The notes beneath the pieces are model-generated. The model was not told where the DNA came from, made no database searches, and saw nothing but the letters and a program-made list of their open reading frames with translations. From Glycera tridactyla (Eukaryota): a stretch of DNA of 64,000 bases. The translations under genes and the position numbers were made by a program. The stretch lies in contig OZ286462.1 of the NCBI GenBank assembly GCA_965644265.1, positions 25,296,001-25,360,000 on the forward strand, in the 5' to 3' direction. Position 1 is the stretch's first letter, and the number at the start of each line of letters is the position of its first letter. Positions 1 through 11,980 of the stretch are shown in pieces.

Positions 1-645
1 CCAGGTCCTTTAGTAACAGTCAATGTCTACAACCAGTTCACTATTCACTGACCACAGAATATGCAAGAAACTCAGACGAAACTTATATGACAACTGATTA
101 TATTGATGAATGGCAACTTGAGAGTCTCTCAGGATCAGACTGGACAAACTACAGGTAATACATACATCACAACGGTGTAGAAAAACATACTGTACAAGAT
201 AATGTTTCCAACATTTTAAAGCCAGAGCAGTGCTCAGTGAAGAAATCAATCTACAAACTGTTCAAGCACAGTCCTTTGGTCTCATTCTGATACTTATTCC
301 ATGATAAAACCACTTGCGTCAGATACGGTCAATGAAAAGTTTGTAAGTCAGCGTGGCAGCAAACTCAAATCTGTTTGACTACAAAAATCAGACACTGAGC
401 AACTGATTAAAATGAGACCGAAATTCAGCAAAAAAGGTTTGACTTCTCTCCTTCTAAGTTCATTTGAATTATGTCAATACCAAATAAGGTCTCATGTGTA
501 GAGAGGATCTCGTTCAAGTTGTATCAAACATGGATAGGCGAGTCATTTCGGCGGCGATATCCCACGTAGGCAAGTAAGATCGGATACAGCATCTCAGCTG
601 CACCACAATTAACACCCATAGGGGAGCCTCTCTCTTCTCACTTCA

Positions 646-664
646 TCAGCAGGCAGGGAACGAT
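646..664 (-). CDS. PPME1: PME-1 terminal coding exon (R|SFPAC*)
   Basis: Acceptor tttctag, then A TCG TTC CCT GCC TGC TGA TGA; gives the conserved FPxC C-terminus in the correct phase. Exon lengths sum to about 1188 nt (395 aa) if exon 4 is 58 nt. Confidence 0.8.
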
Positions 665-2109
665 CTAGAAACATATAAGATGGCAATGCTATATATTCAA
701 CTGTGGTCAATTGATTGTTTGGGGTTTGATGGCATGCATCAACCTAATGGCTTATGCACGCTATGTATTTCTTATCCATGAAAAAGTTACGCTCTATCCA
801 AAACAGACATTAGTCACACAAACCCTAAACACAAGATAAGGAACCCCAAGTCAAGTGGAAGTATCTAATAGTTCAGGCAAGCCCAAACTATTGGGTAGGG
901 TCTGTTCAGCTGACATGGGTTTTTCACTGCGATGTGCTGCCATCAGGGAAGATGTGACCCACAAGTAACATCATCCTTTGTTTATTCTCTACCTCAAATG
1001 AAAATTGTGCTTTTGGATAGGGACTATTATACACATCATCTAATTATTTCATTGGCTAACTCTCCATATAGCCATACGGCACAAATTTGGAAGAGTGCAT
1101 AGCTTGACAAACTGTAATCAGAAGAAAGTAGTCTGTCAACTGCCATCTGGTTGTAAATCGGCTAACCACACACTGCTGCCATCTATAGGATTTGGTTCAC
1201 TACAAGTCACAGGGATTTGCATGACTAACATACCTGCCAACCCTGAGACATGGCGTTCAGTAGTGACCCACCTTGGTTCCAGTAGTTTTGCTTCATTTTC
1301 AGTAATGATAGTATTTTCATCCTTTTCAGTAGTTACTTTGGACACTTTCTGCACAATGGCAAAAGTAGCAATTGAAAATGACATCATCTTCATATCACAA
1401 CATTATTTCCATATGATTCCATTCATAATCAGAATGAGACAAAAACATGTGTATTGATGAACAAGTATGTATGCCTATGTCATACCATGTGTGATAAAGC
1501 TTTTCATATTATTTTCTATACACATATTTTTCAGCACTCCTCACTAATATTGATGATGTCATCAAAATATGGAAGACTCAAACTACACATCAGGTTTCCA
1601 TCAACAGATCATGAATATTTTGCAATGCTGGGCTAGGAACAATGTTCTTTGGGATAGGCCTTCATTTGAGTAGATTCTCAGAGGCATCAGTAGTCCAGTA
1701 GTTTTGACCTCATTTCAGTAGTGACTACTGAAGTTCAGTAGTACTTGGCAGGTATGGACTAATGAAGGAAAATCCTGGAATTCCGTTGCAACATTTAACA
1801 TAGTAGAGTGCAGAGTTTTCAGCATGAAAAACTCTGAAAAGTGATGTAATCTCTGAGTTTATGTGAAGTCAGAGAGGGCTGACCTGCTAACAAACCAAAT
1901 GACCTGCATCTTCAGTGTGACATCTGTGTGGATGCAAGGGGTGTAGGTAGACCCCCTTAATCTGAATTCTGATTCTCTCAACACACCTCTATTCCTAAAT
2001 CCAAAATTTTAGCAGCCCACTTATTCCTGAATTCCACATTCGCTTCTATTCTGTTCATATTTTCAAATCATATATCCCTAATGAACATCAACATCTGATG
2101 TATCATTAC

Positions 2110-2242
2110 CTTTGGAAGTTGTCTTTGGCTGCTGCGACTTTATGGCGAGTCATGAATGTGGCCAGCACCTCGGCTACACGATCGGGATTATCTTCATGTA
2201 CTGCATGGCCGACCTGCGGCAAGACTTGCATCTGGAACTTGC
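2110..2242 (-). CDS. PPME1: PME-1 exon 12 (KFQMQVLPQVGHAVHEDNPDRVAEVLATFMTRHKV...NFQ)
   Basis: GHAVHED holds the catalytic His; ttgtag acceptor, gtaatg donor. Confidence 0.97.
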
Positions 2243-2374
2243 CTACAACCATAGACCACTCATAATATGGAAGTGTGAATGCTGAATATAGTCAACTTGA
2301 AAGATGAAAGAAATAGGAAGATGATACTTTTAATGGGGACAAAAAAGACCTCAGATTGCCTATTCATTTATGTG

Positions 2375-2535
2375 CAGTTAAACCTGTCTATAAAGACCAC
2401 CTTTGGTCACATAAAAAAGTGGCCTTTATAGAAAGGTAATTTTCTGTTGAAAATACTACCATGGTCGCAGCTCAGGGTGGTCTTTAAAGGCAGGTGGTCT
2501 TTATAGAGGCCTGGTCTTTAGAGGAGGTTTGACTG
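2375..2535. mobile_element. Tc1/mariner(pogo)-type MITE
   Basis: Ends CAGTTAAACCTG...GAGGTTTGACTG, followed by TA; body closely resembles the copy at 46007-46150. Confidence 0.75.
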
Positions 2536-2539
2536 TATA

Positions 2540-2713
2540 CAGTTACACCTCTTTTGTGAGACTACTCTTTTGTGAGACTGACCTCTCTTGAGAGACTGCT
2601 CTTCATCTGTTCTTCTCTATATTAGTCAAATATACATCCAATGAAAGACCACCTCTCTTGAGAAACCGCTTGTGGATGGCATCTGGGGTGGTCTCACAAA
2701 AGAGGTTTTACTG
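2540..2713. mobile_element. Tc1/mariner-type MITE, abutting the previous one
   Basis: TA|CAGTTACACCTCTTTTGTGAGAC ... GTCTCACAAAAGAGGTTTTACTG|TA: long imperfect TIR with TA flanks. Confidence 0.75.
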
Positions 2714-3389
2714 TATATCCTTTCCTTCATTTATTGTCAATTCTTCAATGTAAGTGTGCTTTTTCAGTGTTGTCATGATACATTTTGTCCATATGGTCAC
2801 AGCAAACATCCTTGTAACAGTGCTGACTACACATTGAATATCACAGGATAAGCACATAAACATTATTTCATACACGATACGAGAATCAGATTGATTTCTT
2901 TTTATCCTTGTTTCTGTGTCATACACAACAAGGTGAGAATGAGCTGGTGGGGTACATGTTCAAAATGATTTGATGATGGGAAACACTAAATACTAACTCT
3001 CTGCAACATACATGGTGACCCTGAGCTATAGATATTGTTGTTCTGGTGATTTTCTTGTGGTTTCGATGAAACTTCACTTTCTTTGAATAAAGACCATCAC
3101 ATCTTATTGCACCCCATCATTGCCTCCTATGAGGAATTTTAACGGAAGCCCAAAAGCTGGATCATGTACATGTAACTTCCTTAAATATAATCAATATTGA
3201 TAATGAAGACCAACTCAATTTGAGTAGATTTGCCCCTCCCGAAATAGTCACAATGGAAATTTCACGAAATGAATCATTGATTTACAAATGGTAATCTGCA
3301 GTTGATAGTTTTTCGTGTGTAAGTGTTCTGAATGATGCATTTTCACTTGTGAATTTTACAGATAAAATCTTTTAGATAGAGTGAGATAC

Positions 3390-3500
3390 CTTGCATTTGT
3401 CCGACTGTCAGCGCTTTATCAAGTCGATCGACCCCGGCGAGTAGAAGCATCTTAGGCACACTGCATGACAAAAACATGTCAGATAAGCCTTCAAACCAAC
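3390..3500 (-). CDS. PPME1: PME-1 exon 11 (WFEGLSDMFLSCSVPKMLLLAGVDRLDKALTVGQMQ)
   Basis: Near-identical to the conserved WFxGLS.LFL...PKLLLLAGVDRLDK.LT.GQMQ; gacag acceptor, gtatct donor. Confidence 0.97.
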
Positions 3501-4008
3501 CTGTCAATCAGAAAGAGAGACATCTAATATAAAACAGAAACTACATTAATTAGCGATCCTATGGATAGAATCTAAAAACATCTGCCATAAATTTAGCTCT
3601 GTCAGCAGTTGGCATCACCAACAACCATACTAACGGTAAATGTGACATAACAAACACCATTCTAGCCTGAGAATCATTTCCAGTGCCATATACCCTCATG
3701 TAGTATAACTCACATTCCAGCCCTGACATCACAATGTGCCACCTTCACTTCACATATCAAATTAAATACCAAAAGCATATGATGGAAAATAGTCACTCAT
3801 GCCACCTCCTTTCCACCAGACAAAAAGGAACATTTGATGAATTATATCATGTTTCAACTCTCCTCCGAGAAAAGTATTGATGAATCACTCATTTTGCCAA
3901 TTCAATTACATTACCAATCACAACTGATGATGGTTTGATCCATTAGGATGCACAGGGCACGTTTTGCATAGTGAACATTCCACATCCATGTGTACAGTGT
4001 CCACCTAC

Positions 4009-4066
4009 CACGCCAATATTGTTCAGTTTTTCCAAGGTCAATGCGCCACGTATACTGTTCTGACAC
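4009..4066 (-). CDS. PPME1: PME-1 exon 10 (VSEQYTWRIDLGKTEQYWRG)
   Basis: YTWRI.L.KTE.YW motif; ttgcag acceptor, gtaggt donor. Confidence 0.95.
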
Positions 4067-4382
4067 CTGCAACATAATGCAAACTTGTGTTGATGGACAT
4101 CATGTAAGGTTGAATATGTCAGGACAAGTCCTTCATATGTTCTTCTCTCTGTTCTTTACAGATGTCATGTGAATGGGGATGAACCCAAGAGAGCATGGCT
4201 AATGCCACTGTTCCCTCTATAAACTAAACCTGGTGAAACATATTCTCTAGGAGTGATGACAGTCATGATGATAGAGCCGATGATGATGACAACAAAACAG
4301 CAGTGGTGTTTGCGACAATGATGCCGATGACAGAGATGGTTGAGTAGGTGGTGGTGGTAAGAGTAAAAATGATAATACATAC

Positions 4383-4569
4383 TGAACTTGATGGCTGCCT
4401 GAACTGAGACTGACTATCCTCATTCTTTGGTTTCTTGGCAACTTGGCCACTTGCGCTCTCACTGTCCTCTTCTTCTTCAGTAATAGCATCTGGATTTGTC
4501 ACCGCAACATCATTGTTTGCTTCTGATTTGTGTGATATTTCTGATGTTGCAGTCTCATTCGTTTTCAAT
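4383..4569 (-). CDS. PPME1: PME-1 exon 9, acidic linker (LKTNETATSEISH...TEEEEDSES...KKPKNED...PSSS)
   Basis: Open frame with an EEEED tract at the position of the PME-1 acidic insertion; tgcag acceptor, gtatgt donor; phases 2/0 fit the neighbours. Confidence 0.8.
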
Positions 4570-5090
4570 CTGCAAATAACCAGACAGAATAGTCATGAAA
4601 AATCTAGTGATACAATATAAAATGAGTGCCAATCCAGGACAGGTGATCCACTCTGGGGGTGTGTGGTGCAGCTTGATTTCAGGTGTGTCTATTAATCATC
4701 ATTGACCTTTGTAGTTCCACCCAGTAATCTACAATCATTTCCACAGTTTTTCATTGTCCTTTAAATTGTGCAGAATCATTGTGATACTATGAAAATGAAA
4801 AGACCTGAAGCGCACACATTTCTTCCTGCCATCAAAGTTTGTTTCAAATCATTTCATTGTTCTCTCGTTTGGAACACTTGACGCTAGACAGGAAGATATG
4901 AATTTGATACTGATATAGTTCCATTATATCCTACTAGATGAAAGAGATTCTATGCAGCACTCAAATCTGCAAATCAACTCAGATGAACTGAAAGCTAAGA
5001 TCTGGTAGTCAGTGCAAACAAGACCTTCACTGGGAGCCATTGCACTGAAGAGGGGGAATGATGAGTGTAGATATCAAGAAAATTACACAC

Positions 5091-5156
5091 TTTTTGAGCT
5101 GTCCAACCATGGATACTCGTGCAGAATCCACATTCCGTACATGTCCACTCCGCACA
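5091..5156 (-). CDS. PPME1: PME-1 exon 8 (VRSGHVRNVDSARVSMVGQLK)
   Basis: Matches the VKSGQIRNLESARVSMVGQVK motif; ttgtag acceptor, gtgtgt donor. Confidence 0.95.
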
Positions 5157-5397
5157 CTACAACATGAAATACGACAATAATATGAGGAAATAAAGTCATA
5201 AATAAATAATTACTATCTGCTTTCCAAATGACATATTCAAGCAATTTTTTAATTATATCATGACTAGTGAGAGGCTTATCCTCTTGAATGATATGTGAAT
5301 GAACAAACAGGCCAATATTCTGAATCATGTAAAGTACATGCATTTCGCAACCCAAACATTCTTTTCAACATCAGGATAGCACTGTCATAGACTTCTG

Positions 5398-5399
<2 letters not shown>

Positions 5400-5433
<34 letters not shown>

Positions 5434-5460
5434 TACACATGCATGCGCACACACACACAC
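5400..5460. repeat. (CA)n microsatellite
   Basis: Direct reading; in PPME1 intron 7. Confidence 0.95.
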
Positions 5461-5874
5461 AATCTTCTTTTTTGGATGGAAAGCCTTTCCGCGAATGATT
5501 TCAGGAAAAAGGATAAAATTCTTACAATACAGAAAATACTCTGTAGAAATCAGAAAGCATTTCATTGGATCAGTTCACCAAGATGAAAACTCAATGGTGT
5601 CCTTATGCAGAATCAATTTCTATTGCATTTTTTTACACACACAAAAATGAATTTGGGAAAATGTTCATCTATGATAAACCACCAGCTCCACTTTTGTGAC
5701 ATCAGAAATGAAAATCACTTCATCATAACATTTTAGCAAATCAAAATGTTCTTTATTTTGACATCACTGCTTAGCTATAACTGAAATGCTATTCCATAAA
5801 AGGAACCCTGACACACACCCACACATGCACATAAGCATGCATACACAGTAGCAGCAAGGCTAATCGACACTCAC

Positions 5875-6051
5875 CACCACTCTATTGCATGTTCCAGATT
5901 ACGGAAGACTGACGGTCGACTTCGTAGGAATGTATTCATGCTGGTGAGGGCATCTAGAGCAGTTCCCTCCACGACATCTATCACCATCAGGCCGATGAGA
6001 GAAGGCACCAGATCCTGGTGGGCAACATGCACGGCCAACGCTCCTCCCATA
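5875..6051 (-). CDS. PPME1: PME-1 exon 7 (MGGALAVH...IDVVEGTALDAL...AIEW)
   Basis: MGG completes GHSMGG; DVVEG holds the catalytic Asp; ggcag acceptor, gtgagt donor. Confidence 0.97.
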
Positions 6052-7015
6052 CTGCCAACAGTAGTACAACAGGCATACATCATTGGGAGGTTGGATGGTT
6101 GCTTGGGCAGCCAGTCAGTTGGTCATTCACATGGTTGCTTGTTTGTTTGAACCAACTGGACTATATTGAGATGACCTATCAATGTGCATGATGGCATCAT
6201 TGATCACTTCTCCTTTTGGGACCAAACAGGGAGGTAAATAAATAGAAATCAGACACAAAAAGGGGCTTCTCAGACAAAAGAATCATGAGGGGAGAAAAGG
6301 CAGATTGGACTACCATGAATTCAAAGATGCATCAAGAGGCTTCTCAAAATTAGGGACATTCGCCTCCTACAGTTCAAGAAAAGGGGGCATCTCTCCAAAA
6401 ATTGGAGAGATGCTTAATTGAGGAGATCCAGCTCCCTTGCTGATCTTTAAGGCACCATTGCTTATGAATGCACTGAAAAGGGATCCAGATATAAGGTAAG
6501 TGAAGATCTTCATGCCCTCCAGTGGATGCAACTTTTCAATCTATCATCATCCCCAACCCCAGTACAAAACATAGTCCTCAAAACACTTCTTCATGTCCTT
6601 ATGACCTGGTCACTTATTCTCGACAAACTGAGCAGAGATAAATTTAGCATCTGCATGATCATATTTGACTGGTACATGACAAGTAGCTCTGGCAAAAGCC
6701 AAAGGCCAATTCAGGAGAAATTGCAATTTGTGAGCCATGAAATTCTGGTCTAAAAGCAGCATTGCAGCAACCAACACTACTCTCAGGAACTACCGGTATG
6801 TACAGTATGTCACTTCCTGGCTCACATAAATTGTCCGCATCACTCAACCCCTGGCATTCACACTGTTTCCGTAATTTGGTGATAATTTATTTAGTGATAT
6901 TCATCAGAGAAGAGTGTGAGAGATTGAGAATTCGAGGCTAGGTATGGGGTGGCTGATTATGGACAAGATGAAGGGAAACGCCTGCAAGTTGACTCAAGTG
7001 CCTTCTGCCACTTAC

Positions 7016-7084
7016 CTGTGTCCAATGAGAATGATCGGTGGTGCATCATCACCATACAGAGATCTGATCACACTGCCCACATCT
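7016..7084 (-). CDS. PPME1: PME-1 exon 6 (DVGSVIRSLYGDDAPPIILIGHS)
   Basis: gacag acceptor, gtaagt donor; carries GHS of the GHSMGG nucleophile elbow (Ser codon split AG|T). Confidence 0.95.
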
Positions 7085-7227
7085 CTGTCAACAAAAATGA
7101 AACTCACATGAGGATAGACAGACACAGATACAAATGGATACACACAGAAACATGAAGACACAAGAAGAACATACTGGTACGTGAAAACACAGATTACCTA
7201 TGATAAGGGTGATGGGAAAGGTCTCAC

Positions 7228-7228
<1 letters not shown>

Positions 7229-7292
<64 letters not shown>
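7229..7292. repeat. (GT)n microsatellite
   Basis: Direct reading; in PPME1 intron 5. Confidence 0.95.
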
Positions 7293-7296
<4 letters not shown>

Positions 7297-7543
7297 AGTA
7301 TATCAATGCATACGTGTGTGTACTTGACCCCTTCTCATGAATCGATGTGCCTGTGTATAAGACTTTAGTGTCTAATGATAAATAACCTCACGATATCCTT
7401 ATGGGTAGGGGACCTAGTGAAATAGTAAAGCTTGCGGTTGCTGTTGAGTACTGTAAGTAGTGGCACCACTGTAAGTCACATACAGTCAAATTAATTTTAA
7501 TCATACCCTCATCAATCAATCCAATGCATGTAAGTTCACTCAC

Positions 7544-7595
7544 TCGGCAAGCTTGTTTGCGGCCAGATTCTCCTCATCAATAGTCTTTGTATCCC
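7544..7595 (-). CDS. PPME1: PME-1 exon 5 (GDTKTIDEENLAANKLAE)
   Basis: tttgtag acceptor, gtgagt donor; aligns to GETKVKNPEDLSAETMAK; phases 1/2 fit the neighbouring exons. Confidence 0.9.
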
Positions 7596-8057
7596 CTACA
7601 AATAAAAAGACATCTTTGTTCAGGAGGACTGAAGATCAAGAATAAGGAAATTATGAGATTTTTATGATATATTGACAGAGCACCCAGAATTACAAGAAAA
7701 ACAGTGGTCTCCTATCAAATTCATGCTTCACTGTGCCAAATAGAATATGTGCTCTCAGAAAGCAGTCACTCAAAACAGGCAATATATCATCTGGAGGTCT
7801 TTTCATGCAGATTCCACTTACGTTTGGCACTGCATAACTTTAATTTCTCTGCAGTCATAAATGGTGATGGTTCTGAGATAGTAGTTCTCATCAAAATCAA
7901 AATCATATGATGGATGGATCCCTGACATTCTTTCTATTTTTGCTTCATGACTAATCAAAATGGCGGACAATGGCCACTCTGATTCACCTGTTTGTCTTTG
8001 CCTGCTGGAGCATCCAACCATCTGCAGTTGCAAGAAGATCAGCATTTCATCCACTAA

Positions 8058-8581
8058 NNNNNNNNNNNNNNNNNNNNNNNNNNNNNNNNNNNNNNNNNNN
8101 NNNNNNNNNNNNNNNNNNNNNNNNNNNNNNNNNNNNNNNNNNNNNNNNNNNNNNNNNNNNNNNNNNNNNNNNNNNNNNNNNNNNNNNNNNNNNNNNNNNN
8201 NNNNNNNNNNATGACGAAACATGACTAGAAAGTTTATGACATCTGGTAGTAGCCGAGATCAGCGCTTTTTGCTGGCATACCTCGTATTTTTTTATTTGTG
8301 TCTGTACCTTGAAATGTTGCTACATTCGCCAGAGTAAATAAAGATTTTGTCATACTNNNNNNNNNNNNNNNNNNNNNNNNNNNNNNNNNNNNNNNNNNNN
8401 NNNNNNNNNNNNNNNNNNNNNNNNNNNNNNNNNNNNNNNNNNNNNNNNNNNNNNNNNNNNNNNNNNNNNNNNNNNNNNNNNNNNNNNNNNNNNNNNNNNN
8501 NNNNNNNNNNNNNNNNNNNNNNNNNNNNNNNNNNNNNNNNNNNNNNNNNNNNNNNNNNNNNNNNNNNNNNNNNNNNNNNNN
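8058..8581. other. Assembly gaps 8058-8210 and 8357-8581 (others: 21035-21410, 25788-26099, 31149-31385, 43545-43706, 47288-47834, 51040-51537, 54974-55102, 60083-60215, 60386-60528)
   Basis: Runs of N. Confidence 0.99.
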
Positions 8582-8630
8582 GGAGATCCACAGCAGCACA
8601 GCGACAATGTACCAACCCCGTCAAAACTTT
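8582..8630 (-). CDS. PPME1: PME-1 exon 4, partial (KVLTGLVHCRCAAVDL...); 3' end lies in the N gap
   Basis: Acceptor ttttcag. Matches the xxCRxxAxDLRxHG segment. The sequence enters the gap at 8581; frame continuity with exon 5 predicts an end near 8573. Confidence 0.88.
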
Positions 8631-9567
8631 CTGAAAACACCAGATAATCAAGGGGCATGATGAGAGAACCTCAACAGGCCACTCAGATTAAGACAACACC
8701 CTACCCCTCCCCCCTCACACCCATCAATTATAAATGAATTATCAATCAAATTCATTCCCATTCATCGGATTCCAAAAGTGAAACCGAGTACCTAAACCAG
8801 TTACTGTCCAACCCTAGAGCACTACAAAAAGAACTCCTTGATACAGCGGTGCTACATCCAGTGATGAAAGTGGCCCATGACCAAATTTCCTGAAAAGTGC
8901 GTAAACCCATTCTGCAGGATTCACGAACTTCCACTGGGCGCATTTGTGACAGTGATAATATCATGCAGATACTACTATTATAATCTCTTTCCTGGAATAA
9001 TATGCTTTGAGCACTGACTGAAAATAAGAAAACATGACACTAGAGGAAACAGAAATGTATGTTTCAGGGTCCATGTGAATTTCACACCTATGAAAAAATT
9101 GGTTGCCACTACTTCAAATATCTGTTTGACCTCCAAGTCAGACGCTGTCAAGTAATAGTTAGTTGTGGGTGGTAATCGAATACCCTCTACCATCAAATTT
9201 GGGGGCAAGAGATTAGCCCTCCTTGCCTCCCACCAACATAAACAGACTGACTCTTATGAAAACAATGAGCCACTTCTGATTTCCGGAGAACATCAATATC
9301 ATTAGGTCATCTCCGGAATTCCGCAGATTTCCGGAAGACTTTCATCACTGTACATCAAATTTTGCTTGAAGCATCATGACTGCTACACTCATATCTCTGC
9401 TCTGCAGCAGGATTGTGGACATGTTGATGGATTGATCAAGTTTGAGCTAATCTTCTCAATTCATCATCACATCTGTTTGTTGATGACAACTCTACGAGTT
9501 CCCAAACATCAATCAAGCTTATAAATTGAGAGGAGTAAAAATTGGCGAATGCTCGACAGGCACCTAC

Positions 9568-9660
9568 TGAGAGACATGCCCAAGTGAGCGCCGAAAATCC
9601 TCCTCCATGTAAAAAGAAGCAGACTGGGCCTTCAGTTCCACTTGAATACACTCGAAATAC
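9568..9660 (-). CDS. PPME1: PME-1 exon 3 (VFRVYSSGTEGPVCFFLHGGGFSALTWACLS)
   Basis: Contains the LHGGG oxyanion-hole motif of PME-1; 93 nt, phase 0/0; cag acceptor, gtaggt donor. Confidence 0.97.
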
Positions 9661-11880
9661 CTGCGAATCAGTCAAGGAAAGTTTATATCTTGGACATGAT
9701 CAGCCATAATATTGAGAGGGGGGGGGGGGGGGGGGCAAATAGCCAGAGGCTGAAGAACTAATCTCAGAGATACTTCCAAGATTTTTTCCCTGAGGGGGAA
9801 TTCCCCCCCCCCCCCGACTTCTGAGATGAGGCGGATCTGACTTATGAAGGGGGGGGGGGGGGGGGGGGGATCTTCATTTCCAATTTCCAGGAACCATTTT
9901 CAATATCTTGAAGTGGGATTATACCCTTTGCTGCATGCGACGTGTTACGACGAGCTGTACATGCTCCATTTTCCGACTTTGGACGAGCTGCATGTGACGC
10001 ATAAGACGACTTTGGACGTGTTGAAGCTGACGCATAAGCTGCATCATGACGCATATGGACGTGTCGCGAAAAATCGCAATCGAGAAAAATAATATACTAC
10101 ACGGAAACACCGATTTGAAGGGCTTACAATCCGTATATCGCCATAAACTGCGTACCATCACAAAGAACACATTCTTGTGGTGACGTTTTGAGTGGTTTCC
10201 GGGTATTTACACGAGAAATGATGACGTAGTAGACCGGAGACGCCGGAATCTCCATCCTGCGCAAAGAATTGTGGGAGTCTAAGACTCGAGGAGGAAGCCA
10301 AAAACCGGCAAATGGCGCTTCACAACACTGGTCTTCACCATGGATTTTCAAGCAATATGCGTCGTATTTCCAGGATTTATCATTCAAACTATCATATTTC
10401 AGCGCCATGGAATCGATTGGTATACGTATTTTAGCGGTTAGATGAATATATCTGGTCGAATTTCGCAACGGAAGATGAGAAGTCCGGGACAAACACGAGG
10501 TATTCCGCCGGCGCCATCTTGATTTTCACTCACTTTTGCTCGCGACGCAAATTTTTCACCTCGCCACCACGAGTAAACTATAAAATATACAGTCAAACCG
10601 TTTGCGCAGTACACTGCGCAATATTCTCAGGATTCGTTTGGTATGAAATTCATTCCAATATTACTTATACTTCTCGCGTGATGTGAGTGACAAGCTGCCA
10701 AAGTCGTGATTTTTCAGCGCGATCATAATTTTTTCCCGTGATACACCCCATGTTTGCCAGCTTCCCAATACAATTTATACCTGTCTTATCGAAAATCCGA
10801 GGTGGCCATCGTCTTCAGCATCCTCCAATCTGCTCAGGCGAATTTTTTGGTGAGTTTCTGACCATCATCGCGAGTTTGGGGCGCCTCTGAAGAAACGCTC
10901 ATTTCTTATGTTCTTCCCTGACTCGTCGTGTGAATGCATGCAAGTGACAGCTGACACGTCATGGCCTCCAATGCTAGAAGAAAGCGCTCTCGCGACGTGT
11001 TTATGTGAAAAATGGCCCCAAACGTTGTGGCTTTCATGCAGCAAAGGGTTAAATTGTACGACACTATAGCCAATTCAAATAGAAATCAAATAAAATTTGA
11101 TTCAAAAAAATATGTTGAATCTGTGCAACTGGTTCTGTGAAAAAAGGTGGCTTTAGTAAGAAAGTTGACTTTCAGGGAAGGTGGTTTGAGCAGGTTTGAC
11201 TACTATTGGAATGACCCCACTCACTGACTGGATACTTAGTCAATCTGACATGTTCATCATTCTAGCATTCAAATTTTTGCACCAAAAACGAAGCTGCCGA
11301 TAGTTCGCATTAATCCCATTATGTTCTGTGTGACACTGCGATTGGCTTGACCAAGACGCGAATAGCGCCACACTACGGAATTATTGGGATCTAAAGTGAA
11401 AACAACATGCGCAGAAGACGTTTTTACGGGTCTCACGGCAAGATGCTGCGCATCTCTCAATCAAGATGGCCGAATATCGTTCGAATTAGACGAAATGACT
11501 GACGTTTTCCGCATATTTCTTGATTTTCTGTCGCGCACTTGCTAAATTTGGTCGCGGGATTGAGCGTTTTCGTTCGGGCAGCGATACTAATGGAGGAATG
11601 ATGGAGGAATCGCGAGTATCCCGCGGCCTGGCGGCAGCTTTTTATTTCCATGTCTTAAAAGCAAGTCAGATTTAGATAGTATGCATGTCATGCTAAACAG
11701 GGGAGGGGCAGGACAAAGGAGCAGAGAGAGGAATGAGAAACTGGGACCGGAAAGAATCTCCATGAATTCTCATCCCTGTATGATACTGGAAACCTAGTCT
11801 GCCAATACTCTACTGAGAACTGGGCAGATATCATCTTTTGTGCGTCATGAATATAAGGTCAGACTTGATTCAAAGGATAC
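9661..11880 (-). other. PPME1: U12-type (minor spliceosome) GT-AG intron, PPME1 intron 2
   Basis: Donor GTATCCTTTG (11880-11871) matches the U12 consensus RTATCCTTT. Branch site TTCCTTGAC (9679-9671) lies 10 nt before the 3' end, with no polypyrimidine tract. Confidence 0.92.
9924..11048. mobile_element. piggyBac-like non-autonomous DNA transposon inside the U12 intron
   Basis: Perfect 14-bp TIR CCCTTTGCTGCATG (9924-9937) / CATGCAGCAAAGGG (11035-11048). Right flank is TTAA, left flank degenerate (TATA). Subterminal GACGTGT-type repeats; no transposase ORF. Confidence 0.65.
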
Positions 11881-11980
11881 ATCTTCTCCAATAGTGACAT
11901 CCTGCATTGAGTCAAAATAGTTGTCCCAAGTGACTGGCGTGTAATCTCTTCTACGACCGATACCAAAACCTTTCTTGCCT
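11881..11980 (-). CDS. PPME1: PME-1 exon 2 (GKKGFGIGRRRDYTPVTWDNYFDSMQDVTIGED)
   Basis: Acceptor tttcag; RDYTPVTW..YF.SM.DV matches the PME-1 RDFSPVPWSQYFESMEDV motif; donor gtatccttt. Confidence 0.92.

Noticed and set aside
3461-3463. Apparent splice acceptor (tgcag) before VPKMLLL
   Set aside because: The upstream sequence continues in frame as WFEGLSDMFLSCS, which is conserved PME-1 sequence; the true acceptor is at 3501-3503.
10590-11202. TA|CAGTCAAACC ... GGTTTGACTA as another mariner MITE
   Set aside because: It would overlap rather than nest with the piggyBac-like element, and the right end is imperfect; boundaries unsupported.
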